From the human T2T-CHM13v2.0 reference genome, Homo sapiens, in NCBI RefSeq assembly GCF_009914755.1, contig NC_060932.1: DNA of 64,000 nucleotides; one strand, 5' to 3'. The notes beneath the pieces were generated by a model that did no database searches, was not told the origin of the DNA, and worked only from the letters and a program-made list of their open reading frames with translations. This document shows positions 29,556 to 42,105 of this stretch, one piece after another. The stretch's first letter is position 1. Every line of letters begins with the position of its first letter. Position numbers and translations under genes: made by a program.

Positions 29556-32500
29556 TTAAGCATGTCCGTGTCTGTGGAGTGAAAGCCAAAGGCTTTTAGA
29601 GAATAGGCAATTCTTCTCTAGGCTCAATGAAAGGACTTGTTTAAGAGAAGCCAATTGATTTTTATCACGTTGTATATTTTCCAATAATGCCCTAAAGAAG
29701 AAAACATTTTCCTAAGCAAAGAGTGACATGCAGATTTCTTTTGTGATCCGTATTTGTGAAAAATGCCTCACTTCAGGATTGCAATATGCCCTAACAAATA
29801 ATACTGCCTGTGCCTGGGGGCTGAGTAGTGGTTATCACCGGAGAAGGTCTTACCCTCTTAGAAGTAGACATTAGTTTTCTACTATCTATTGTTTGAGTAT
29901 GAGTCAAACAGTAGATGCAGATGCCTTCACTGTCTAACAGAGGAAATATCAATAACTTATATAACCTTTATAACATAGCAATTCAACTAAAATTGACTTA
30001 ACAGATATTTATTGATTGTTGATTGTAGGCAATAAACTCTACTAGGTTGTACAGGGACTAGGAAAAAAATTAAGATATAATTATTGTTCTTGAGGAATTA
30101 GTAAAAGCCAGATCAAATAAGTAAATAAGTAGTTATTGGGTTTATTTTGCTTTTGTACTTTTTCTAAAATACCTATAAATGATTAATTATATTTTATGTG
30201 ACTATTACTATATCTGCTCTTTCATTGACTGTCATTTGTTATGACAAAAGGGGGCTCTCTGATTCCCATGGCTAGAAACTTCAAATTCAGTATTTCTTAA
30301 ATAATAAATATTTCTTAAGTAGGTAAATAATATCATATTATTAACATTTAGTGTTCACCTTTCACAGATAGGTAAACCGTAACATGAGTTTTCTGATGAA
30401 CCTTGTTATAGAAATATGTACAAAATGTATAAAATGTGAAGAGTACATATATGAAGGGAACTGAATTTTTCCAAGTTTTGAATTAAAGTGGGTATTGATT
30501 TTTGAGCTAGATTTTGCAAGACTAATATTTCTATTCAAGAAGGGAAAGGACATTCCTTGAAATGGGAACATAATGATCAGTTTGTTCATTGTGAAACATA
30601 AGGTCATGGATGCATTTAGTTTATTTGGAGAGAAACCAGGTACATGTTGCCAGGTTTAGGGGGCACGAGGGGTGGGAAAGTTTAGGATGAATATCAACAA
30701 GGTGACTTGGGCTGTGCTATGAAGGACATTGAAGCAAAGTCTGAAAAGTCTTCAGAAAACACACACAAACACACACGCACACACCCCTACCTATTTATAT
30801 ATTGCATTCCTAAGTGCATTGTGTTCAAAAGCTGATTTTCCTCGACTTGTCCCACGTTACTTCGGAACATTAACATGCTTATGTTCTGAGAATACAGAAA
30901 GATTCATTAAATGTGCCTAAGATATTTTCTCATTTGAAACATTTATTTTAAAAAATTTAATCTGCTGCTTTTTTTTAACTTAAACTGTTTTTTGGCAATC
31001 TTTTTTATTGGGCAATCCACATGGGATTGAACCTTTAATGACTCATTAAAATTGATTGTAGATTCTAAAAACATTATAAAAACATTGATAAATATATCAA
31101 AACAGCTGGTTTTGAGATATTGTACTTTTAAAAAATGATTATTTATTTAGTGCTACCCTTGAGTACAATAAAGTACACCTGAAAAACTTTGAGTTTTGAA
31201 CCGAGAATTCTGTTTAATTTTGGGCTAGTTCCAAGTGAAGAGCACTGTGCTAGGCCTTCAGCAGAGAGTGGAAACAAACACACTGAGCAGTAGTAATCCG
31301 AGGGAAGACAAGCCAGAAGATATAGCATAGGCCACACTGAGGAGGATCCCAAGCGTAATAGTTAGGTTGTAGGAATAGTCATCAGAGGTTTTCTAAATAA
31401 GAAATTTGCATATGTAAGTGCTTTCCCTTAATAAAATTACATTGTAATATGGATTGGAGGGTTAGAGACAAGTTTGAAGGCCAATGCAATAATTTCCAGC
31501 TAATTTCCAGCCAGTGATGTGCAAACTGTGTACCAGGAACACCAGTGATCAGTGGAGAGGATTCAAGTATTTGCCAATGATATGTTCCCCATCAAACACT
31601 GAAGATTTTTTAATTTTAAGAATTTAAAAAAATTAGGGTGATTTTTTGATTATTAGGTTTTTGATCATATGATTTTTTGATCATCCAAATGATCAAAATG
31701 ATCCAAATGTTCAAAAAATCATTATATTATATGTTCCCCATTAAACACTGAAGATTTTAAACTGCCCAAAGAATTTAACTTTTTTAAAAAATTAGGATGT
31801 TTGTCCATTTTTAAGATTTTAATATGTTATTCAGATGCTTTAAAAAATCTGAAAAAAATAAACCAGTCAAGACAAAAGATAATAAGGATTTGAACTTGGG
31901 GGATGGCAATCAGAATAAAGAGGAGAAAGTGACTTCAAGATATGTAGTTGAGCAGTAAACAAAGCAAAACAGAAACGAAAACAACCTCGGACTACCATTT
32001 AATAAAAAATCAGGGAAAATTATTCTGGAAGCCAAAGAAAAAGATCAACTCCATAGATTAAAATTTTGAAAATTATCTCCTGAGAAAATCACATTAGATA
32101 GAACTTTGAACAATATTACCATATGGAAAAATGGTGATGGATCCATGAAGAACAGTGAAAATTGGAGAGCTTCGATGTTTCAGCACCCTGGAAGTCAAGG
32201 GTTACAAGTTACCCAAAGAGAGAGGGAAAGGAAAGGGATGGGTATAGCAGGCAAAGGGAATAACACGTCAACATCCTATGAGCTATAGAGGCACAGGTGC
32301 ACTCAGGAAAATGCAAAGGAGAAATCAGGAACAAGTGGGCGGAGTGGAGTCTGACAGAAGCCTATTGGAATCAGTAGTTAAGTCAATACACCAGTTGACT
32401 GGTGATGAGAATGTTAGAGTGAAGCTCAGAAAACAAGAGTGGATGTAAAAAGGTGAAGGCTGTGGGTATAGGGTAATAGTTGGTGGCATTTGTGAATACA

Positions 32501-33639
32501 GGGAAGAAGTGAGAGAAAGCAATAGTTTGAAGTCACAGCTGAGGCAAGGAAAGATTGTACAGAATCAGAAACAGAGGAGAAAGAACCAGTAAGAGGCAGA
32601 CATGAAAGACGGAGGCACCAAAGAAGCTTACAATCGCATTAAAGTTCAGGAGAAAATGAGATCAACGCACAGGGACAAAAGTTGTCTTTATAGTTCATAT
32701 ATGAATGAAATGATCTTTTTTCTCAGAAAATTATAGCAGTATCTGATATAGTTAATTATTCTCGAGAAAATATCTCAAACTGTTTTAGGGTGATCTTTGT
32801 TTGAAGTAATAATTTATTTAAAAGTTGCTGTAAGGTTCATAACTGTTTAGTTCTCTGGCTATGGTAAATACTTCCTGTAATTTGAACATAAGGATATTTC
32901 TGAAGGGGGTGCTTAGGCTAATCACAAATATAGACATGTTGCTGTGATAAATGCTTTAGACTAATTACTGACATGCTCAATTGAATACTAATACTTCCCA
33001 TGAAATGACTTTAATACAAGTAAAATGACAGCTGCACTGCAGTGAGAGGACACATAAAACTGCATTAGTTTGTCTCCAAGGTTACCATCTGTGCTGATCT
33101 GAAGTTTTAATGTGTGGGATTTCTCAACCTGTGCAAAGACTGTATTTTCAGGATAGGTATCAATAGGATATAAAAGCAGCTTGGAAGCTACTTAAGCATT
33201 TATTTGGGATACATCCATGCTGACCTTAATCATTCAATTGTTCTAGAGAGACACATATCTGTGTTCTGTTAGAAATTTTGTGCAACGATTGGGGAAATAG
33301 AATGTCAGGATTATTTGACTCCACTTTGCATATACAAATAAAAAGATGTGAATTTACATGTTGTACAACTGAACTACATTCTGGATAAAATTGAGGGGCA
33401 AAACAGATTTGAAAAATTGGATGACTTCTACTCTAGAGTTTTCATAGTTATTCCATAATTAATATTCAAGTTTCAAGAAAATATTTAAAAACTTATAAAA
33501 GTATAGACATTTTAGGAGTCTAGAACCTATAAATACGGCTCCAAATTAAAGAAATGGTATTTTGATAGTCTAAAAGGAAAAGAGAGACTGCTGTTAGTTC
33601 AAAATTGTATAGAACTTAACATTTCTTAATGTAAAACAT

Positions 33640-34190
33640 TTATCATTTTTTCAACAAATGTTGATTGAATACCTTCCCTGTCCTAGGCACCGTGCTAGGC
33701 CATAAGTTTGCAAAGTCATTAAAACTTGCTGTCTGTCCTCAAGGAATTTACAATCTAGATGGAAAACAGACCAGCCCAGGTAATTAAACCACCCTTTCTG
33801 AAGGTTGTCATGGAATAAGAACAGGATGTTGTGAAAGAACATAGGGGCTGCACATAATGACGATTAGGCAAGTTTGGAAGAAATGATGTGCATGTTGAGA
33901 TGTAATGAGTTAGAAGTTAGCTGAGCAGAGGGGAAAGGAAAGGGATGAGTGTAGCAGACAAAGAGAAAATAGCACATCAAAGGCCTGTAAGCTGTGGAGA
34001 CACAGATGCATTCGGGAAAATGCAAATCAGCTTAGCTGAAATATAGTGTGTATTGGGGAGCAGGGGAAAGGAGGTAAGGGTCTCAGTGAGAGAAGGTGGA
34101 AAGGAAAGCAGGTGTCAGATCACCTGGAGTCTTGTGAACCATCTCAGGGAACTGATACTTTACTGCGAGGGCAATATAGAGCAATTACAG
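33640..34190 (-). mobile_element. L2 fragment
   Basis: tcaacaaatgttgattgaatacct..gtcctaggcaccgtgctagg, antisense L2 3' end. Confidence 0.7.
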
Positions 34191-34259
34191 AGTGTTGGGG
34201 AAGACATCTATTACCACCAGCATCTCCTTGTTCTTCCTCATGATTGTCGTCATCATCAT

Positions 34260-34470
34260 TGTATGAACTCACTATGTGGCAGGCAATATCAAGTTAGTTC
34301 ATGCATTTTTACATAAAATTTTTATCATGAGCTTATTACTACATCTAATATTCCTATTTTACAAATGAAGAAATAAACAAGGAATGCACTTAGTTTCCCC
34401 AAGCTCACAGTTACCAATAAGCACAGTTGGTAATCGCATCCAGGAGTTTCTGACACCATAGTAGTCCCTG
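34260..34470 (-). mobile_element. MIR
   Basis: attcctattttacaaatgaagaaa..cccaagctcacag. Confidence 0.65.
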
Positions 34471-34819
34471 CCTCTCTACTCTGCAGTTCTTATGTAGAAA
34501 ATGACTGTGTTCCACCAAGAGCACTCAGTTTGCAGTGTATTGCAATGATGTATTAGATGACAGCTAAACTGGAAAGGGGGGCTGGTTATGAAGTCATTGT
34601 TATTAATCAGGCATCAGAAGACAGTGGATAGAGGTAGTGAGAATGGAGAAAAGTGGATGTGTTCCAAATATATCTCAGAGGTAGAATCAACCAGGCTTAG
34701 TGATTAACTGGATGGGTGGAACAATATACTTCTGGCTTGGACGATGAGTATATTTCAGGAAGTGTATTTGTAAAATCCACTGGATATGTTGGTTCTCCAA
34801 GAAGCAGTAATGTCAGAAA

Positions 34820-35375
34820 GATTACATTTATACATTTCTGGTAGGAATGTAAATTAGTACAACTTCTATGAAAGGGAGCTTACCAGTGTGTTTTAGAATT
34901 TAAAATGTGCATAGGATTGACCCAGAAATTTTATGTGTAGGTATTTATCCACAAATATAAACCGATATTATATCATGTGTATAAGGATATACACTGCAGC
35001 ATCTTATGTAATTGCAAAATATTGCATACAAACTCAATCTCCTTCAGTATGAGATTGGCTGATGAATTAAGGTAAATCCATTCAATGAAATGCTCTAAAA
35101 TCCTGAATAGGAATGAGGCATCTCTATATGTGTATTGATGGGGAAATATTGTATATGTACATGACTTTATGACTGTATGTATGTAAAAAATAAAGGTGCA
35201 GGTAAAACTGTATATGTTAGGCTGCCATTTTATCAAAGCCAAGTAGATAGATAGATATCGAAGTAGATATAGATATAAATCTGATAGCTGGGTACAGAGG
35301 ACAGAAAAGGGAGAGATATTTATTCTTCAGCGAATATCCTTTTGATTTTACTCTATAAGCATAGATTTCTTATTA
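34820..35375 (+). mobile_element. Old L1ME-like 3' fragment
   Basis: ggaatgtaaattagtacaac..gacccagaaattt..ggtatttatcc. Confidence 0.6.
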
Positions 35376-35530
35376 AGAATTAATAACAAGATAACACAAA
35401 TTATAAAAATTCAAGGCAGAACCCCCTCTTTTAAAATCTTGTCTCTAGAGAAAGTTTACCTTAAGGGAAAAGTAAAACTGTTAGTTTGGTTTCCTTGTTT
35501 ATTTTGTGCCTCATTAAGAATTTAACTATG

Positions 35531-35858
35531 GGCTAGGCATGGTGGCTCACGCCTATAATCCCAGCACTATGGGAGGCAGAGGAGGGCAGATCATCTGACG
35601 TCAGAAATTCGAGAGACCAGCCTGGCCAACATGTCAAAACCCCATCTCTGCAAAAAAATACAAACATTAGCCAGGTGTGGTGGCGCATGCCTGTAGTCCC
35701 AGCTACTGGGGAGGTGAGGCAGGTGAATCGCTTGAACCCAGGAGGTGGAGGTTGCAGTGAGTCGAGATCACGCCACTGTACTCCAGCCTGGGCGACTCCA
35801 GCCTGGGTGACGGAGTGAGACTCTGTCTCAAAATAATAATAATAATAATAATAATAAT
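35531..35858 (+). mobile_element. Alu with an internal 15-bp tandem duplication and (AAT)n tail
   Basis: ctccagcctgggcga ctccagcctgggtga (35781-35810); TSD aatttaactat. Confidence 0.95.
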
Positions 35859-36059
35859 TTAACTATATAGACAATCAATTTTCACAGGAAAAATAATATC
35901 TTTCCCCAATGATTGACTTATATCCTTCCAAAGTCCTGGAGTTCCAAAAATTCATAATTCAAGTGTAAGAATATAATAATGTCACTAAATTATTATTTTT
36001 GAGTCATTCAAGTCATATTGTTGCTAACATTTTATTTTGTTCATTTTTTACATTAAATT

Positions 36060-36580
36060 TTTTTCTTATTTTTTAATTGGCAAATATAAATTGTATCTAT
36101 TTATGATATACAACATGATGTTTTGATGTATGTATACATTGTGGAATGGCTAAATCAAGCTAATGAACATGTCCATTACCTCACTAATGTATCATTTTTT
36201 ATGGTGAGAACATTAAAAAATCTGCTGTCTTAGCAATTTTCAAGAATGCAATACATCGTTATTAACTATAGTCACCGTGTTGTGTTGTACAATAGATCTC
36301 CTGAACTTATTCCTCTAGTCTAACTGAATTTTTTGTGTCACTTGACTAACATCTTCCCACTACCTCCAGCCTGCCGCCCCTAGTAACCACCATTCTACTT
36401 TCTGCTTCTATGAGTTCTGCTTTTGTAGATCTCACATATGACTGAGATCATACAATATTTGTCTTTTTGTTCCTGGCTGATTTTAGCGTACTATCTTTCA
36501 GGTTATCCAAATTGTTTCAAATGACAGAATTTCTTTCTTTTGAGAAATGTCCATTCAGGCCCTTTGCCCATTTTTTTTTT
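36060..36580 (-). mobile_element. L1MA-type 3'UTR fragment
   Basis: tacaacatgatgttttga..tatacattgtggaatggctaaatcaagctaat. Confidence 0.85.
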
Positions 36581-38373
36581 TAATGTATAGTATATTCAGA
36601 GCTCAGGTATGAGCATTGTAAGTAAGCAAGCTCAAGCAGAGTAGAGAGCCTAGGTTAGGAAATATCAATAAGGTAAGTTTATAGGGAAACCAGAAAACAA
36701 GAAAGAGGCTTTAGATTTTATGTGAAAATAAAAAGGAATCCACCTTGTAAAACTCAAAAGAGTCTAATATTTCTTTGATAATTTGCTCTGCTAACATTTA
36801 TTTGAATCTTTAGCATAAAAGTCTTCTCTTCATACCTCATGCATTTTATTCTTCATTTTATGCCCATTAGCTCTTGTAGTGCCCTGAGTGGAATTCAAAT
36901 ATATATGTACCTCATTACCTGCACAGTACATCTCTTAAAACAAAATCCAATGGACCCTTGGATATCCCAGTTTGAAATTATCTATAATGTTTAGTATCCC
37001 CTTTGGAATTGAAGCCTAATTTTCTGCAGGCAAGGCAATGTCATTCACTGTGTACACTTAATGCTTATGGTGCTTATGGTCAAAACCTTGAACCATTTTG
37101 GTTCTTCCAAGAACCATTTTTATAGATTTACTGTTTTAAATATGAAATATAGAAAACCTATATTTATTATGTGGTAGGTTACTTAAACTGATATTCACAG
37201 AATTTTAAGATCTTAATGATACAGCAGCATCTAGGTATGTATAGAAGTAGTTTAGAAAAATGTGTCTTTTGCTTAAATAAAATCACTTCACAGAAGATTT
37301 GTGAAATGGCAAAGTAATTACAACTAAACGAATTTATTAGAATATAGTATTTTTTTTCAGATGGATTTGAAGCCTAAAATCTCATTCATGAATAAAATGA
37401 TTAAAATGATTATTTTGGTAAAGTATCATCCCAATAATCCATTGTTGTATTCAAGGACTCTTCACATTTTAATAAATATGTTAAAAGAGAGAGGGTTTAT
37501 TAAATTCACATCCTATTTTCCTTAATATTGCACTAAATGAGTGACCTAAAGAGAACAATTGTGTCTATGCTTATAGCTTATATCATAGCTGGGCATTCAG
37601 GGGAAGTCAAATCACTCCATATATTTTAAAATGTTTCCTCTAATATGAAGATATAGTCTTTCTCTTGTGAAAAAGGGACAGATCTCACTCTTAGCAATGT
37701 TAGAATTTTGGCTGAAAGCTATGAATTCATATGTAAGTGTGGAGAATGATGTTGGAGATTTGTGTTAAGATTATGAATCACCAAAATGAACAAAAAATTT
37801 AAACTTATGTGAAGATTTTAAAGATGTTTTCTCTGGAAAGATTACATTGATAAGCAATCAATCATTTACATGTAATTAAAAAAATAACAAGCCCAATACA
37901 GGGTTTTTTAAAAAAATCACGTCATAAAAAAGTAAATATAACAGGCTTTTTAATTTTTTTCAACTCAGTAAGCTTTGAGTGCCTGTTAGGCACATTGTGC
38001 CTATTCTTGACAAAATAAATCAGATAGTTATAAGTTATAAAAGAAAAGGAAAGATGATATAACAACAAAATGAATGTTAGAGTGATTAGTATAATTGCTA
38101 TGAATGGTCACTATAAATTTTTTTGTGTGCTTGGATATTTACTTATAAACATGTAAGTTTTTTTTCTTTTTCTTTTTTTTAATTTTTGGTGTCATCAGAA
38201 AAAATGCAATTCTTTAATATTTATTTCATTTTAGAAATCTACATATAAGCTTATCAAATTCCAAGTTGGTAGTTATTGCAGGTAAAGGACATTGAGTAAA
38301 GATTGCACTTTTAAACATTATGGTTAGGATCTTAGGAAATTATCCTGAACTTTAAGGACTAAAAACAATACCC

Positions 38374-38890
38374 TGTCAAAGAAAAAATGCATCAGACAGA
38401 GTTAAACAGCTGCGAGGAAAACTGGATTCCATATTATTGCAATAGAGGAGAGAGACTGAACACAACTCCGCTAAAACAAAAGGCAGAAGTGTTTTTAAGT
38501 GCTGGATTGAGCTTGCAGAAAAGTTCTAGAGGACATTGAGTGAGGGCATGGTTGGTCAATTTGATTATGCCATCTTTGTTTACTAATTGGCACTTATTTA
38601 AATTAGACTTCTACCCTCCCACAGGGAGAGGCAGCTAGCAAAGCTATCTTTTTCAATGGCTACATTTTAAAGGGATGGCTCCCAGGTCCTTGAGAAATAC
38701 ATTACTGGATTATGAAACTGACAGGTGGTTGACACAAGATTTGCATCTCAAAGGGGCAGAGAATGGATTTACAATTGCAAGTTTCCTGAAGTAAATACCC
38801 TAAGGAAAAGGAAGTCAGGAGGCCATAGACAGGAAGAAACCCACCTAAAGTTTAGTCAAACTGAGGGAAACATTAAGTCTATCTTGGTCA
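38374..38890 (-). mobile_element. ERV1 solo LTR (MER31-like)
   Basis: TG...CA termini; reverse strand starts tgaccaagat..ttaatgtttccctcagtttgactaaacttta; flanks accc/actc. Confidence 0.75.
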
Positions 38891-39650
38891 ACTCTTCAGT
38901 TATACTAAATTGTACCATGTACATTGACAATATTTGACCATTTTTGACCTACAAAAGCAATGGGTTCATATGACTCTATCTAAGATTCTAGGATCCAGTT
39001 TGTTTTTGTATTATTTTTACATTCTGCAGAAGCAAACAATTCTCCACTTATGGTTTTTAGTTTTACACTTTCTTATTTCAAAAAGGACTTAGGGGGATTT
39101 TATGTGTATTTACATTAAATAATATATATATTTATGCATATGTTTGTATATATCTGTGTGCTTATTTAAAAAAAGGTTAAAATTGAAGTTGGCAAAAATA
39201 ATAATAAAAAAAAGGTTAGCAGAAGTCTTGAATACTTCCTAAAGAAATGTCACAGGTTTGTTTCAGAGCTTCCCATAAGTTAATGCAAGGAAAGAAGTGT
39301 AGTAAGTTGCAGTAATGACCCTAGGAGAAAAGCAACCCAGAAATTTAGAATAATAGTTTTACAGGTGTTCAGACCTAACACAATTTTTCCCTTTAAGTGC
39401 TCATAAAGGCAACATTTGTGTGTTGGCAACTTGTCCACTAAGCCTAATAGTTGATTTCATAGTCTGGGTTTTTGCTCGTTGATTGTTTTTTTTTAAATGA
39501 TGTCTCTCAATGCAAACTTGGCAAAACTCCACAGTGTAATTTAGTAAAAGCAATTTGATTAGGTATGAAAATAACAACATCCAGATACACAGTCCTCTAA
39601 AGATGGAATTAAATATATCTAGAAGAATGAATTGCATCAGACAATATTCC

Positions 39651-39692
39651 ATATATATGTGTATATATGTGTGTGTGTGTGTGTATATATAT
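39651..39692. repeat. Compound (AT)/(GT) microsatellite
   Basis: atatatatgtgtatatatgtgtgtgtgtgtgtgtatatatat. Confidence 0.85.
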
Positions 39693-40353
39693 GCTTTTTT
39701 TTTTGGTAAACTGAACCCTCGATAAAAATGAGGCAATACAGCTTGGAAACTTTTGAAGTTAACTGTTGTGGTGTCAGAATTTGGAGTTCCTTTGCCTTTA
39801 CAGATGTAAGTCTATATGCCGTAACAATTTTACCAAGGACAGGATAGACAGCCTCTTTTGGAATGTAAACAGACAAGTTAGGATGTGGATGAAACTTCAT
39901 AGCTGCTTACTTCACTGGCAGGCCAATATTATTATTCTGGCAGTCAGGGTCCAGCTAAAATTAGAATTCATTAAAATCATGGTTCTTGCTTTATTCCTTG
40001 ATAGCCACTCATATGCGCTTGTATGCACACAACAATTTTCAGAGTGTGCTTTATTTTTGTGCTTTTTTAAAAATATGATGGCCTCTATGTTAAATGGTTT
40101 TTTATAGGTAAATATTATATTTTATTAATCCTTGTATCATTAATACTAATAGTAATAGGGCACGAGAAATATTTTGTTTGCTTATGAATGACTTAAGGAA
40201 GCTGAAGTTTGATATTTAAAATTATAAATATAAAATGTAAAATTGTCAGTAAACAATGGACTGATTCCATCTCTCCTTTGCCCCATGTTTTCCGCTTTGC
40301 AGTAAGTAAAAAAACCACAAAACTTTGGGGGTCAAGGTCACCAAGTCTCAAAC

Positions 40354-40822
40354 GTGGTGGCAGACGCTGCTAGTTTTCTGCCAGTATCCACTTCCCCACC
40401 TTCCTTACCGACAGGCACTTTGGTTTACGGTTAGGACACTAGATGCCCGGAATAATGGCTGCATTTTCCAATTGTCTTTAGAGTAAGAGTGGCCAAGTAT
40501 CTAAACTCAGGCCAATAAAATGTAGGCAGAAATGTCATGTGTAAATGTTAGGAAGCATCCTTCTTTTCTTCGTCCTCCTTTCTGCTGGCAGGAATGCAGA
40601 CATATTCGCTGGAGCTCAGCAACCTCTTGGACCACGAAGGCAAACACATGATTGAGAAGGGTGGACTACAAGAAAGAATACACCTCCTTCCCTGGTGTCC
40701 ATGGAGTTGCCATATATGCCTTGGCCTTCTCAGGTCGAGATTTATTTGTATGAAAGAAAAATAAACTTTTTTTAAGCCACTTTATTTAGTGGCTTTTTCT
40801 TAAACTTGTAGCCCAGCCTAAT
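40354..40822. mobile_element. MLT1-type MaLR LTR
   Basis: ggccaataaaatgtaggcagaaatg..ctgctggcaggaatgcagac..aataaact..taagccact. Confidence 0.7.
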
Positions 40823-41274
40823 GGTAGTCATTTGGGGCACATCTTTGGAAATCCTTCCCAACTCCCTGAGACTGGGCTGGAAGCCCCCTTTTCTGTGCTC
40901 CCACATGCCCTGTATGTGCCTTTATTAGAACACTTTCCCTATTTTATTGAAATCATCTTATTTTACATAAAACATTATTTGAGCACAAGAACAATGTCTT
41001 ATTCATTCATCCCTGAGCTAAAGCTAGGATAGTGTACGTTCACATAGGATATGCTCAATAGGTATTTGTTTAATTGAAAAACACTGGATTAATGACCTGA
41101 CTGAATAAAGTGCTAACAGTACTATGGAATTAATTTGATTGATTTTGATTCAAAATCATAGGACACTATAGTAGATGTCAAAATACATGTGTGGAGATGT
41201 TTGTCATATTTGTTACATACATAACACCCTGGCTTATCTCCCCCATGTTAATCAATATAAATCATTTTTCCTAT

Positions 41275-41464
41275 TATTTAGTGGAATAATTTAATTCACT
41301 AAATAATTTAGTGAATAATTTAATTCACTAAATAATTTAGTGAATAATTTAATTCACTAAATAATTTAGTGAGTAATTTAATTCACTAAATAATTTAGTG
41401 AATAATTTAATTCACCGTCTTATTTAGCGAATAATTTAATTCACTAAATTATTTAATGAATAAT
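41275..41464. repeat. 29-bp AT-rich palindromic minisatellite, about 6.5 units
   Basis: Unit aattcactaaataatttagtgaataattt starts at 41293, 41322, 41351, 41380, 41409 (variant) and 41438. Confidence 0.95.
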
Positions 41465-41512
41465 ATTTTGTTAAAGCCTTGGGTGTGATGGCAACTTGTG
41501 TCATGGAATTCT

Positions 41513-41514
41513 TT

Positions 41515-41570
<56 letters not shown>

Positions 41571-41571
41571 T
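41513..41571. repeat. (TTTC)14 tetranucleotide STR
   Basis: Perfect run. Confidence 0.97.
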
Positions 41572-41944
41572 GCTATGGGCTAATCAGGATCTTTGTTCTA
41601 ATCTTTTTATCACAGGTATATAAAACTGATTTGGAGAGTATAACCATATGAGAAAATATTTGGTTCCTCCAAATCACATTCTCTCATTTCCCTGAATTCT
41701 CTACTCCGGGGATTTAACATTTTATTAACTGTTCAGATGGTTTTAAAAGTAAAGCATTCAGCTTATCATATGGTTGGTTTAATTTTATCTTTGGTTTATT
41801 ACATGTCTTATATTTTAAGAAAAAGATCATATTTTTTGTGTGTATCTTATACCATGACAAAACCATTGATTTGGATGAAATAAATCTGTGACAAACCACA
41901 TAGACCAGGTACTAGAGATATTCATTTATTTCTTTTCTTTATAG

Positions 41945-42105
41945 GTCCTCTCAAACTGTGAGTAACTAAGTGGTTTGTGCATCATTCCAGAAGCAAAGCT
42001 AAAATTTTTAGCGGTGTTGTCGACTTGACCTGCTAATTTCCTGTTCTGGAATCGAGAGAAGACTCCTCAACAAGTTGCTGCAATGTCTGTGTCTAATCTA
42101 TCATG
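41945..42105 (+). other. OXR1: Internal exon, 161 nt (138 nt 5'UTR + 23 nt CDS), of the OXR1 long isoform
   Basis: Acceptor tttatttcttttctttatag|G; donor ATG|gtgagt; unique sequence with retained CpGs. Confidence 0.88.
42083..42105 (+). CDS. OXR1: Oxidation resistance protein 1, first coding exon (MSVSNLS + split Trp codon, phase-2 intron)
   Basis: GCA ATG with G at -3; in-frame TGA upstream at 42026; no upstream ATG in the exon; peptide matches recalled OXR1 N-terminus MSVSNLSWLKKK. Confidence 0.88.

Noticed and set aside
41275-41464. CRISPR array (29-bp palindromic repeats)
   Set aside because: Units are head-to-tail with no unique spacers, there are no cas genes, and the context is primate intron
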